Origin: Octopus bimaculoides
Taxonomy: Eukaryota
Direction of reading: 5' to 3'
DNA: 64,000 nt
NCBI RefSeq assembly: GCF_001194135.2
Contig: NC_069005.1
Span: 30,862,991-30,926,990, forward strand
Under the pieces are notes generated by a model. That model was not told the DNA's origin. It did not search any database and was given only the letters and a program-made list of their open reading frames with translations. Both the position numbers and the translations under genes were made by a program. Below are positions 45,111 to 57,500 of this stretch, piece after piece. Numbering within the stretch: position 1 is the stretch's first letter; each line of letters starts with the position of its first letter.

Positions 45111-46019
45111 ACTAAGACTGAGAAATTTGTATAATGACTCTACTACTACTGATTAACCTCTACAACGACTGACTGCCTGACTTTATAGTGGCTGGTTCAT
45201 ACCACTTAGCCACGTGGGAAGGGGAGTTCCATTTTCACTACAACAATAAAATAAGTACCTGTTGAGCTCTTGGATCCATGTGATATGTAATTGACTAGAC
45301 CTCTCCCTCAAAATTCCAGACCTTTATGCCTAAGGCAGAAAGGATTATAATAATAAATGTATGTGTGCGTGTGTGTGTGTGCAGAGAGAGACTGCAGTGG
45401 GGGGAGATTTGAGGAAGATAAATATCTGACTGAATTAAGTGTTAGGTTTCATATGATCAAGTACAACTTGCTTCATCACCATACCACAGTCCAATGACTG
45501 AAATCATCAGACATACCTACCTACATGCATATGTATGCATGTACACATGTAAGTATGTATGCATAATTATATCATGGCATAAATGTATAACATACCGGAG
45601 ACAGCGACACAGAGAGGGAGAAAGATGGATATGTGATGAGTGGAGGAAGGAGAGTATCTGAAAGATGACCTGAGCAAGAGGGAATTACACACAGGCCCCC
45701 TACATATACATATCACTTATGTATATATGTGTGTGTATGTATATGTATGTCTATGTGTATATATATATAAATATATATATATATGTGTGTGTGTGTATAT
45801 ATATATATACATATACATACATACACATATATATATATGCTGATGCAAACATACACCACACACACACACACATGCATATACACCTGTGCAGGTAACTTTG
45901 CAGTGAGTACTTCTGAGATAAAACAGCAGAACATGGCTAAGGTTAGCACAGGCATCAGTTGTCTGGTATTTCAGATTGATAACAATCACATTAGTCAGTC
46001 TTTAGAATTAAGATGGTTG

Positions 46020-46970
46020 ACGAGATAAGCTGGATGGATGGTTGGAAGTGGGTGGTGGGGTGAGAAGGCGGGGGTGGATGCATAATGAGCTGGTTCTATT
46101 ATGATATGATGGATTATTGGGTGGATGGGAGAGAGGGTGGATGAACGGATAAATGGGTGGATGCGCAGATGGGATAAAGAGATGAATAGCTGTATGAACA
46201 TATGGATGGATGGATGGATGGATGGGTGGGTAGGCGGGTGGATGGGTGGGTGGACGGGTGGATAAATGGAAGGATGGATAGATAGATGAATGAACAGGTG
46301 AATGGAAAGGCGGAAAAGGAGCAGGATGGGTGGATGTGTATGATGATGGCTGGGTGGATAGGTAGGTGGACGAGTGAGAAGATATGTGGATGGGTGGATA
46401 TGAACACAGATGGGTGAACGGATGGATGGGCAGATGGGTGGACGGGTGGATGTGTGGGATGATGGTTGGATGGGTGAGAAGATATGAACACAGATGGGTG
46501 AATGGATGGATGGATGGACCGACTGGTGGATGGTTGGACGGGTGGACGAATGTTTGAATGGAAGGATGCATAGGTAGATGGACGGACAGGTGGGTAGATA
46601 GGCAGGAAGGGAGCAGATGGATGGGATGATGGAAGATGGATGGATGGGTGGGAAGATGGATGGATGGATGGATGGATAATTATGAACACAGATGGGTGGG
46701 CAGACGGGTGGATGAATGTTTGAATGGACAGATGGATAGGTAGATGGATGAACTGGTGGATGGATAGGTGGATGGGTGGATGACAGTTGGTAGATGGCTG
46801 GGTGGGTAGACGGATGGGCAGGAAGGTGGGTGAATGGGAAGATATGTGGATGGGTTAATGAGCAGAAGAATAGATGGGTGGCTGTATGAATGGGTGGGTC
46901 GATGGATGAATAGGTGGGTGGAGGGATCAATAGATGGGTGGATGGATAGGTTAGCGGATGGGTAGACAGG
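46020..46970 (+). repeat. Degenerate (GGAT/GGGT)n satellite with internal higher-order duplications
   Basis: About 950 bp G-rich tract; GATATGAACACAGATGGGTG and GAATGTTTGAATGG blocks recur; source of the 385, 191 and 187 aa His/Pro ORFs. Confidence 0.92.
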
Positions 46971-48232
46971 TAATAAGTTTGGGGACTCCTTAAGTAAGTA
47001 CCCAAGTATTTCTGCTGATCAATCCCAATTCTGGCACCACCACTACAACTCTCCTTGGCAGGAGGGACCACAAGGGGGTCTTTCAAGTCCTGTGCACTCG
47101 AGGTGTGGACCTGAACAGGTTTATTATAATTTTTCTCCTTCTGGAAGCCCACCAGTTACTTATGAAGCAAGTCTCCTCTCCAGCATGGCCGTAGTCAAAT
47201 GACTAAAAGAAATAAAAGAAACAACAAAAAAAAAACCTTCGTAAAAGTACAAACTGTCAGAAAATAATGCAAATGGATGTCTTTTACATAGAAATTACCG
47301 AATCCAAAAATAGATATAAATAAATAAATAAATAATTGAAACTCCGAGTAAAAGCAAATTAAATGAATATATAAAAAGAGCTTAATCTCTCTCTATTCTT
47401 ACTAGGTTAGTTTTGCCCAATCAGCTTATCTTCATTATCTGGCCATCAAACTAAGCAGCTGCTATTGAAAGATGTTCTCAAAGACAATCTCTGATAATTC
47501 TTCAATTCTAATGTAGGATGTCATGAAATGATTTTGGCTTTTGGCTTTCTTTTTTTTTTTTTTCCTGCTGCGTCTCTTTTTTTCCTTCCCCTGTTTGTCC
47601 ACCATTGCTGTTCAATTATTTCCATTTATTGATACGCAGCATATATAGTTTTATGTCTACTTTACTTTACTGTGTACACACACACACACATATATATGTA
47701 CACACATATATATATGTATANNNNNNNNNNATATATATATATATAAAGAACTGCTGCTTCTCTTCAGAGATATGCAATTTTAGAATAAAGTCTTCCATAG
47801 TTTTCTTTTCAGTTTTCGATTTATAAATTTTTTTTGTTTTCATTTAGTTTGTTTGTTTTTTTTTTGTTCTTTGTACTCGTGGTGGGGGAGGGGGAGGTTG
47901 GGCGTGGTTGGAAGAAGTTCGGAGTTTCGTATGTAATTATGTAATTGCATATATCTTCATATAAATTGCAAATATCTTATTCCATACGTACATATAAAGT
48001 ATACATGAGTGTGTGAGTGTGTGTTTGTGTAATGGGTAAGAGTACATCCAGAAGCAATGAAATATATATACAAACAGATTACTGATCAGACCAGATCAAA
48101 TTGTTAAAATCCAACGTCCTAATCATAAGAGATCTAATCCAGCTTTTACCAAAGTTGACTATAGGAAATTCTCCTGCTGAGCTAAACAAAATAACATTTC
48201 ATCTTTATCATTTACATGTACATGAGTATATA

Positions 48233-48395
48233 GGTGCAGAAGTGGCTGTGTGCTAAGTAGCTTGCTTACCAACCACATGATTCCGGGTTCAGTCCCACTG
48301 CGTGGCACCTTGGGCAAGTGTCTTCTACTATAGCCTCGGGCCGACCAAAGCCTTGTGAGTGAATTTGGTAGACGGAAACTGAAAGAAGCCCGCTG
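48233..48395 (+). mobile_element. SINE family A, young copy
   Basis: Near identical to 13530 and 61387. Confidence 0.88.
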
Positions 48396-48734
48396 TATAT
48401 ATGTATATGTATATATATGTATATGTATATATATGTGTGTGTGTGTTTGTGTGTCTGTGGCTGAGCGTTCCACAGACACAATATACCCTTAACATAGTTC
48501 TCAGGGAGATTCAGCATGACACAAAATGCTAATCAGGCAGTTCTGTCATCGGCCACGTCAGCAATTTTGATTTTGATTTCACTTGCCTCAATAGGTTTTT
48601 GCAAGCAAAGTTTATTGTCCAATGAATGAGGAGTACTCATAAGTGGGCTGGTTACACCCACTGGCATAGGCCACGGGCTATGGTTTCACTTGGCTTGTCA
48701 GGTCTTCTCAAGCTATTATTATTGTTATTATTAT

Positions 48735-48919
48735 TGTTGCCGGTGGCACGTAAAAGCACCCACTACACTCTCGGAGTGGTTGGCGTTAGGAAGGGCATCC
48801 AGCTGTAGAAACTCTGCCAAATCAGATTGGAGCCTGGTGTAGCCATCTGGTTCACCAGTCCTCAGTCAAATCGTCCAACCCATGCTAGCATGGAAAGTGG
48901 ACATTAAACGATGATGATG

Positions 48920-48920
<1 letters not shown>
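48735..48920 (+). mobile_element. Family C (RTE 3' end), young copy
   Basis: Matches the 16816 copy; (GAT)n tail continues into (ATT)n. Confidence 0.85.
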
Positions 48921-48961
<41 letters not shown>

Positions 48962-48971
48962 GTTATTATCA

Positions 48972-49195
48972 GGGTGGCAGGCTGACAGAATCATTTGCAC
49001 TTCGGGTAAAATTCTCAGTGGCATTTTGTCCGTCTTTAGTCTCCTGAGTCCAAATTCTGCCGAGGTCAACTTTGACTTCCATCCTCCCTGGGTCTATAAA
49101 ATGAGTACCAGTTGATCATTGGGGGTCAATGTAATTGACTTACTCCCTCTCCCTGATTTGATGGCTTTGTGCCAAAATTTGAAACTATTATTATT
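48972..49195 (+). mobile_element. SINE family E
   Basis: GGTGGCAGGCTGACAGAATC...GAGTCCAAATTC...CTTTGTGCCAAAATTTGAAAC followed by (ATT)n. Confidence 0.8.
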
Positions 49196-49202
49196 ATCAT
49201 CA

Positions 49203-49258
<56 letters not shown>

Positions 49259-51719
49259 TTTACACTTTCCTTATTTGAAGTTTGTTTGTTTTTACAGGAC
49301 ACTGTGTCATTTACAATTATTAGGTTGAATTTATTTCTGTATTGTTGCTAAACTTGTCTCCTAAATTATTTTTATGTCCCTTATTGACTCGCTGGGGGTT
49401 TTATTTTCTCAATTTATTGTGTGCAAGGGAGTTTAAAGGCTCACTTTGCTAAGGGTTTTATTGCTCATGTTTTATATCCCTTATGGACAATTACTGTCAT
49501 CAGGCAGTGGATCTATTTGGATTTATTGGTGTTTTCAGAGCGTGCCGATAGCAATCTTGGTGTTATTTCTTATCCCTGCATTTACATCAGAAATAGTACC
49601 CTTCATGGCCAAAAGCCGTGGCATGAGATCAATCAGAAACTTCAATCTGGTTGGTTGACCTGCTAGACGTAGCAAGCAAACCTCTTCTCTGAAATAAGAA
49701 ACTTCAACCGGCCTGCTTGACCTGCCAGAAGTAGCATGCAGATATTTTCTCTGGAATTCACCCAACTGTGTTAAAAGGAGGAGGGTGTATTGGATGGTGT
49801 AGTCTGAGAAATGCTACACTCATCATCACCATCATCAGTCATCATCATTGTCATTGTCATCATCATCATCATTATCATCATTGTCATAAAAAAAAAACAA
49901 TATAAAGAACAACCCTTCATCAGTTGTTGGCTGTTTTACTAGTCTTGTATTTCGAGCATTTAACAACAATATACGCTTTCGATAAAACAGTTGCTCCAGC
50001 AAAGCAAATTAAATAAAATTTGGGATTTTGCAAAGGATCAAAATTGGTAACACAAACAGGACAGTGAAAACAAGCAGGTAGGGCTGCTAAGCCTAAACGA
50101 GGTTGTGGTGGCGAATGCGTTCATCAAACTAGGACAGGAGACAAGCGAGAACACGTCTTCCTTGTTCCAGCTACAACGGAGAGAAAGAAAGAAAGATGGC
50201 TGATGGTCACGTGGGAGCCCCGTGAGCAAGGGAGGAAGAGTGAGGGAGAGAGAGTGACAGAGTAATAGGATAGAATAGTGGGAGAAGAGGAGGTAAAAGA
50301 ATACGAGAGAGAAAAAGAAAAACGAAAGAATAAAAAGATCGTGTATGTTTATATATATATGTTTGTATGTATATATATATAAATATACATACNNNNNNNN
50401 NNNNNNNNNNNNNNNNNNNNNNNNNNNNNNNNNNNNNNNNNNNNNNNNNNNNNNNNNNNNNNNNNNNNNNNNNNNNNNNNNNNNNNNNNNNNNNNNNNNN
50501 NNNNNNNNNNNNNNNNNNNNNNNNNNNNNNNNNNNNNNNNNNNNNNNNNNNNNNNNNNNNNNNNNNNNNNNNNNNNNNNNNNNNNNNNNNNNNNNNNNNN
50601 NNNNNNNNNNNNNNNNNNNNNNNNNNNNNNNNNNNNNNNNNNNNNNNNNNNNNNNNNNNNNNNNNNNNNNNNNNNNNNNNNNNNNNNNNNNNNNNNNNNN
50701 NNNNNNNNNNNNNNNNNNNNNNNNNNNNNNNNNNNNNNNNNNNNNNNNNNNNNNNNNNNNNNNNNNNNNNNNNNNNNNNNNNNNNNNNNNNNNNNNNNNN
50801 NNNNNNNNNNNNNNNNNNNNNNNNNNNNNNNNNNNNNNNNNNNNNNNNNNNNNNNNNNNNNNNNNNNNNNNNNNNNNNNNNNNNNNNNNNNNNNNNNNNN
50901 NNNNNNNNNNNNNNNNNNNNNNNNNNNNNNNNNNNNNNNNNNNNNNNNNNNNNNNNNNNNNNNNNNNNNNNNNNNNNNNNNNNNNNNNNNNNNNNNNNNN
51001 NNNNNNNNNNNNNNNNNNNNNNNNNNNNNNNNNNNNNNNNNNNNNNNNNNNNNNNNNNNNNNNNNNNNNNNNNNNNNNNNNNNNNNNNNNNNNNNNNNNN
51101 NNNNNNNNNNNNNNNNNNNNNNNNNNNNNNNNNNNNNNNNNNNNNNNNNNNNNNNNNNNNNNNNNNNNNNNNNNNNNNNNNNNNNNNNNNNNNNNNNNNN
51201 NNNNNNNNNNNNNNNNNNNNNNNNNNNNNNNNNNNNNNNNNNNNNNNNNNNNNNNNNNNNNNNNNNNNNNNNNNNNNNNNNNNNNNNNNNNNNNNNNNNN
51301 NNNNNNNNNNNNNNNNNNNNNNNNNNNNNNNNNNNNNNNNNNNNNNNNNNNNNNNNNNNNNNNNTATTATAAAATAAATATATACAAATTATAAAAATAA
51401 TAAAAAAATATATACAGTACAGTACTGTTTCAACTTCACAGATAATTCACCTATCACAGGGGCTTTTGGAACGTAACACCTACAATAGTTAAGGGATTAC
51501 TGCATATTATCAATTACCAGAATTCATCCTTTTGCAGTTGATAAAATATGTACCAGTGGAGCACTGGAGTAGATATGACCAGCTAGCCCCTTCCGCCGCC
51601 TCCTGCAAATTTCAGGCCTTGTGCCTATAATAGAAAGAATTGTTATTGCTTGCTTGTCATTTCTGGTCTGAGTTTGGAGAGAGGAGACTTGTAGCACAGA
51701 CAATTGTTGGTCTGCCATA

Positions 51720-51960
51720 AAGCAAAAGCCTTGCCCAAGCCCTGTATGCTGGATAGAAACCTACCAGGTGCAGATATATAGTCAACCCTCTCTGTCAAAG
51801 AGATTAAAGTGCTAAACCCAAAGTGAGGAACCTTTTTTTGCGTTGGGAGGCTGCATTGAAAATGAAATTGAGGGTGGAGAGAGAAGTGCTGCCCTTAAGT
51901 GAGTTCATTGAAAGGTGGGTCAAAGTTGCAAAAATGGCAAGAGGGGTGGACCTGTGAGCC
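51720..51960 (+). mobile_element. Tx1/L1-like LINE C-terminal fossil
   Basis: LKMKLRVEREVLPLSEFIERWVKVAKMAR resembles recalled Tx1 ORF2 C-termini. Confidence 0.5.
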
Positions 51961-52079
51961 TATCTCTATTTCAGGCTTGGTAAAACAAGGACCTATTACA
52001 CACAGCATCCAGCGTTATTTGACTTGTTTCTCCATCTTTGAAATTACTGGCCTTGTGCCATAATTTGTAACCGTTTTGT

Positions 52080-52370
52080 ATGATATGCCAACCGGGTATT
52101 CTCACCCCTACTTTTAGTATTTCAGCACTGATGGCAACTGTGCTGAAGCCTTTACAGTGTTTTATTCCTTTCATTGCTTTGTATACCTTATTCTTCATTT
52201 CTTCTTTCATTATTCCTACTCAAGTATCCACGTCATACAAATTATCCATGGATTTCTGATATTATTTCGGAGTTGTGTGGTGTAAACTTAGTGTTAAGAT
52301 GTTTGAAATAATCTTTACAACACTAAAGTACAATGGCTGTTTTTGTGCCCCCCCCCCCCANNNNNNNNNN

Positions 52371-52415
<45 letters not shown>

Positions 52416-52740
52416 ATATATGTTGCTATCTTATTTTCATCTTTGATTACACTGTCATATTTTTTTTCTGCTTTTTCTCTCCATTTCATCAAGTGACTTG
52501 ACTTGAAAAGGTCGTAACCATTATTGTTCTCGGAATCAGTTCTTCTATTTGTTCTGTCTTACCTTTTAGGTTTTTCTCCTTTTCTATTTCAGTTGCTATT
52601 TTTCACTGTTTTGTTTAATTCTTCAGCATCATTCACCTTTGACAATATCGTCTGGGTCGTTTCAGATTTTCTCTACTAACATTTACCGCCTTTGTTCACA
52701 AGCTGTCTCTGTTTCTTACGGTAAGCCCGTCGTTTGGTTC
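52080..52740 (-). mobile_element. LINE (RTE-like) reverse transcriptase N-terminal fossil, interrupted
   Basis: Minus strand KAMKGIKHCKGFSTVAISAEILKVG resembles KAIxxLKxGKAxGxDxIxAExLK; an EQIEEL linker motif lies upstream. Confidence 0.5.
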
Positions 52741-52809
52741 CGAACCAAGATTTCAAGATGGTGGTTTCTTTTGTTATTTTGTTTGTCGTTTATTTGAGGC
52801 ATTCGTTTA

Positions 52810-52956
52810 TGTGGTAAGAAGATTGCTTCCCAACCACATGATTCTGGGTTCAGTCCCACTGCATAGCACCTTGAGCAAGTGTCATCTACTGTGGCCTTGG
52901 GCTGACCAAAGCTTTGTGAGTGGATATGCTAGATGGAAACTGAAAAAAATCCATCG

Positions 52957-52958
<2 letters not shown>
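52810..52958 (+). mobile_element. SINE family A
   Basis: B box GGTTCAGTCCC and body; ends in (TA)n. Confidence 0.82.
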
Positions 52959-52990
<32 letters not shown>

Positions 52991-53687
52991 CGATGATGAT
53001 GATGATGATGTGTATGTACTCTTGTCTTTACATCATGTGACAGTTATGAATGGGTGTCATCATCATCATACAAGTGGTGTTCTCCATGTTCCATGCAAAA
53101 CATGTCTGACCTTAGGGAAATGTTACTTCCTTTGGAAATAGATGAGAATTGGCAACAACTCTCAGTGGAAACAACCCTCAGTGCACCTCAGCACTGTATA
53201 CAATAAGTTCATTATATTATAACAAGAAGGACATCTAGCCTTAGAAACCCTGTCCTAAAGTATTCTGTCTTACCCATGGAAACATGGAAATGTGAGCATG
53301 AGGACGACGATGATGACGACGACGATAATGTCTTGTACTTTTAATCAACTGTTTACAATATAATCATACATTAACAAATAGATTTTATTCTCTTTTATAA
53401 TCACCAATGAACCAAACTGGTGGACAGCAAGTCACAAGAAGCCACCATCGTTTTACTCGACCAGCAGGTGGTAGTTTAATCAACAAGACTGAGAATAATG
53501 TAGTCTCTACTATAAAAAAACAAAACAATAGCTGAACATGAAAAATGTATAATGGTAGCCAATCCTGTGTACTCTGCATGAGTCTTTGGCTTTGACTACT
53601 ATTACAGTCTTTCTTTTCTTGTCTGATGGTCTCCATTTTTTTCATCTTTCTCTGAGAGATTTTTGTGCAAGCTTGATGTTTTTGATA

Positions 53688-54285
53688 TTAAACTCCCTGG
53701 AACCACCCTTGGTTCTATCATACAAATTCCCTGTTTTAAAGCAATCTAAATTATAGCCTTCCATCAAAATTTTATGTTCAAAATACCAACTTAATAATTG
53801 ACAAAACTATTCTAATAAATTCTTCATTATTTTCCAAATTAATTGAAACAAAGACAGTGTGTTTTGAAAGAAATAGTTAACAAAAGGGTTAACCCCTTTG
53901 ATATAGGCTCACTTCGAACCACCTCTTGGTCGTATGATATAATTCTAAATCAAAACTTCCCATCAAAATTTCATAATTTCTTGTTAATTTTTGTTTCAAG
54001 CCTGAGTTTATAAATGACCAAGTAATTTTACTATATTTGTCATTATTTTCAAAATTAAATGAAATATGATAACAAAAAGGTCAACTCCTTTGATTCTAAC
54101 CTGCCCGAGACCAAAAGAAGCCTTGATTCTGTAATAGAAGTTTCCTTGTTTTAAAGTGACCTAATTAAAACCTTCCATCAAAATTTCATGTTAATTCATG
54201 TTCCGCCAGCTTAATAATAATAATAATAATTTTACTAAATTTGTAATTATTTTCAAAATTAATTGAAACAAAGGCAGTTCTAATA
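53688..54285 (+). mobile_element. Three head-to-tail TTAA MITE units (family G-related)
   Basis: Junction aaaagggTTAAcccctttg at 53889-53892 and a degenerate junction at about 54081. Confidence 0.72.
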
Positions 54286-54494
54286 TGAGAAGCTTACTTT
54301 CAAAACCAGTAGAAGTGCATATCTGGTTGATTTCATGATAACCATTAAAACACAATTTACTTCATGCACATGAAATTTCTTTTCAGTCAGACTGGGATAG
54401 GTGTCATACAGACAGTAGACAAATCTTAGTCTTCCAATCAAAATCAGATATATTCAAGTTGCCACTAAGCATTTTGCCTGGTGTGCTAACGATT

Positions 54495-55410
54495 CTGCTT
54501 GCTCTATTCCCACTTTAATTTTAGCTGCATTCAATTTTGGGAAATATTTTTCAGAGACACTGAAATCCTTTTGAATTTCTAAACCCATATTTGTATGTAA
54601 CATCTTCATTAAACCATGTTTAATGGGAAGAAATGGTCAAAAATTGTTTTCTTTGATCAACTGTAAGAATTGATTGAATACTATTTCTTCCAACAACCTA
54701 TGAAAACCCAGTTGGCCATTGTCTTCCATTATAATGTTCTGTAATAACACAACAGTGGAAAGCATTAGTACTTAGTCAACACCCCCGCTATTGTATGTCC
54801 ATTAACATAGCAGTTACTTTAAGAACTCCACAAAGATTCCACTGGCAACTATTATATTAACAACTATCTCCCTGTTAATATGAGATTCTATGAAATACAG
54901 CAAATAAGCAATAGGAATAGATGGTTTTAAATTTCCATTGTGTAATAAAACAGCTTTTTAAACTTCATAGTGATGAGTCTATAAAAAGTTGCCATTCACT
55001 TCCAGGAAGCCATTCTGATAAAATTTCAAAGAATCCATAAAATCATGACAATAGCAGTTGACCATTCTCTGTGGAACAAACTGCAAAATCAAAACTTTTG
55101 CTTTCTATCATAGTCCAGAAACCATTTTCTTCAAGCAAGTACCTTTCTTTCAAATGATATATGAGAAGCAGAATGTCTGCCTTATTGTCTGAGAGTTCTA
55201 AGTCCTTTGCAAGAATTCTGTAACATTTTTGTGAGGAGAAAAAATAGGGTCTGTACTCTCTGCTGGTTTGTATTTGGAATCTGGCAGAAGCCCAGAAGCA
55301 TAATCAATGCAATTACATCAATATTTTCTTCGTCAGCATTGGATTTGAGCTTTTCTTGGGGAGGAATGGAAGAGATAAAGTCATAGGGATGGGGAAAGAA
55401 AAGGTCACTT
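54495..55410 (-). pseudogene. Fossil DDE transposase, Chapaev3-like (Transib/RAG1-related)
   Basis: Minus strand motifs in order: LAKDLELSDNKADIL (about 55213-55165), EWQLFIDSS (54997-54971), KAVLLHNGNLKPSIPIAY (54957-54904), QWNLCGVLKVTAMLM (54844-54800), QWPT, HGLMK, FPKLNAAKIKVGI; multiple stops and frameshifts. Confidence 0.78.
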
Positions 55411-56348
55411 TGCAACTAAATGGTTTTAAAGTTCCATCTTAGCATATGACACCTTGTGCAAGAATCTTCTACAAGAGCCCTGGACTGACCAGTGCTTTCT
55501 GAGTAAATTTGATAGATGGAAACTGTGTGGAAGCCCTAAATAGTCAAAGAGAAAGACCTTCCAGCCATGACAGTCCTGTTTCTTTTGGTAGTGGTGGTGG
55601 GGGGGGGCACACATTTTATTTAAAATTCTTTGTTTCCTTTATTTATGACTGTAGAATTTGATTTGAGGGTGGTCTGGCTGCTATTTCTAGCAAATCTTGT
55701 GACCATGTAGAGGCTCCCTCATTAGCCCTGAAGAATTAATGAGAAGTTAAGTGTTGTCTTGTGCTTCGGGGATGACCCCGAACACTTTGCTCTGTGTTCT
55801 TTACTCAGAGGAGACACTAGACACTTCTCCCTTGTTCTTCACTTATCTGGGGCAGTGGAGCAGATAAAAGAAGCGATAACGAGACTGAAGNNNNNNNNNN
55901 GGGGGGGGGGACATGGCAAACCCTCATGAGTTGCTACTTATCATGAGAGAGACTGAGAGAGAGAGAGGGGGGGAATAGGAAGAGAGAAAGGCAAAGAGGT
56001 TGAGAGAGTGAGAAGGGGAGAGAAGGATTGAGAGATTGAGAGAGAAAAATAGGAGGGAAGTGTAAGGTGGAGAGTGTGGTAGGAGGATAGAAAGTGGGAG
56101 AGAGGTGAGAGGAAAGAGAGAAAGAGGGAAGCTGGTGGGGGAGTCAGGGAGTTGGAGGAAGGAGAAGGAGAAGGAGGAAGATACAAAGTAAAGAGAGAGA
56201 GAGAGAGAGAGAAAGAGACAGACACACAGACAGACACACAGAAAGATTGTTAGAGATGTGGAGAGATAGACAAAGTGGAGATTAAACGGGGGTTTCAGAA
56301 ATAGAAAGAAGGGAAAGGTAGACAAAGAGATGGAAATATAGAGGGGAG

Positions 56349-56418
<70 letters not shown>

Positions 56419-57089
56419 GAAATTATCTGAGAGTGGGGGGATAAAGACAGAAAAATGGATAGAGATATATATAGAGAGAGAGGGTGTTTAAGCTAAATTT
56501 GACAGTTGTGGATAAAAGGCAAAGAAAATGCTGTATTCCAACCAAAAATAAAAGTATTTTCAAAAATCATTTAAATATCAACTTTGTGTTATTATTTGCT
56601 CTCATCACATTTCTGGTGAAGACCACCAGAAATGTTGGCATCAATATTTGGTCAGCAAATACGACAATGCAGAGTTGTCCTCTGCCTTACAGTTATAAAC
56701 TTATTTACTCGTTTCTAAGGTAACATTGTCAGAGTTTTTACAGACATTGACCGGCTCCGGTTATTGATACGGTTGAAGATCAATGCTTTGCTGTGATGTC
56801 TATATGAGACTAAAATTAAACAATAACCAACAAATGTCTAATTGAATGACTCGCATTGAATATTTCATCTTGATACATCTGCAATAAGTAAACATTATTG
56901 ATTTGTGATGCTGGCACAAGACCAGTAATTGGTAGAGGGGAGAGGAGAAAAACTGTCGTTTATATCGACCCCAGTACTTATCTAGTATTGTAGTTGATGG
57001 TATAAAAGATGCATGGGGCATATGAGATGCACCCTAATTTCATCAGTGCATATTCAGGAAAATATAGTTTTTGGTGCATTAATCCTTTT

Positions 57090-57500
57090 GTTACTGTAAG
57101 TCTGTTGAAACACCTTCAGGAAAGATATGAAAGGGAGAAGACTCCAGAGGGACAATGTTTTAGAGAGGGAAGACTGGGAATAGGGGTTAGTGTAGGGTCA
57201 GCAGCAGAGGTTGGACAATACAAGGCTGATGAGAGAGGGAGAGATGAATGGATTAGGAGTGTTTGAGTAGACGTGGCATGGGGCCAACTGGCTCCAAGAA
57301 ACAGGGGCCATTATAGTAGTGATAGAAAGACATCTCCTGGGTAAGGTATTAAACTGCATCCAGGGTGTGCTTCAACTCAAGAGATCAGGAGTTTTGATGA
57401 GTATTGGGATACCCCTTCATCACCAATATCCTCTGTTTCACTCTAACCTAGGATAGAAGCACATATGAAGGGCCCAAGTTATGGGCCAAACGGTAAATGA
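57090..57500 (-). mobile_element. L2/CR1-group LINE ORF2 3' fossil
   Basis: Minus strand FYHYYNGPCFLEP...CTNPYSQS..KTLSLWSLLPFHIFP resembles FYRYYNGxCSxEL...RTxxYxxSFFPRTxxLWNSLP. Confidence 0.6.

Noticed and set aside
45995-47152. 385-aa minus-strand ORF with a non-repetitive 60-aa N-terminus
   Set aside because: The body is the GGAT satellite, the start lies beside a SINE fragment and the N-terminus matches nothing I recognise
48060-48200. Possible minus-strand exon (SAGEFPIVNFG...)
   Set aside because: Weak donor, no recognisable homology and no phase-compatible partner exons
49421-49666. Hydrophobic short ORFs that could be a membrane-protein exon
   Set aside because: No convincing splice pair or family motif, and the 3' half runs into a repeat
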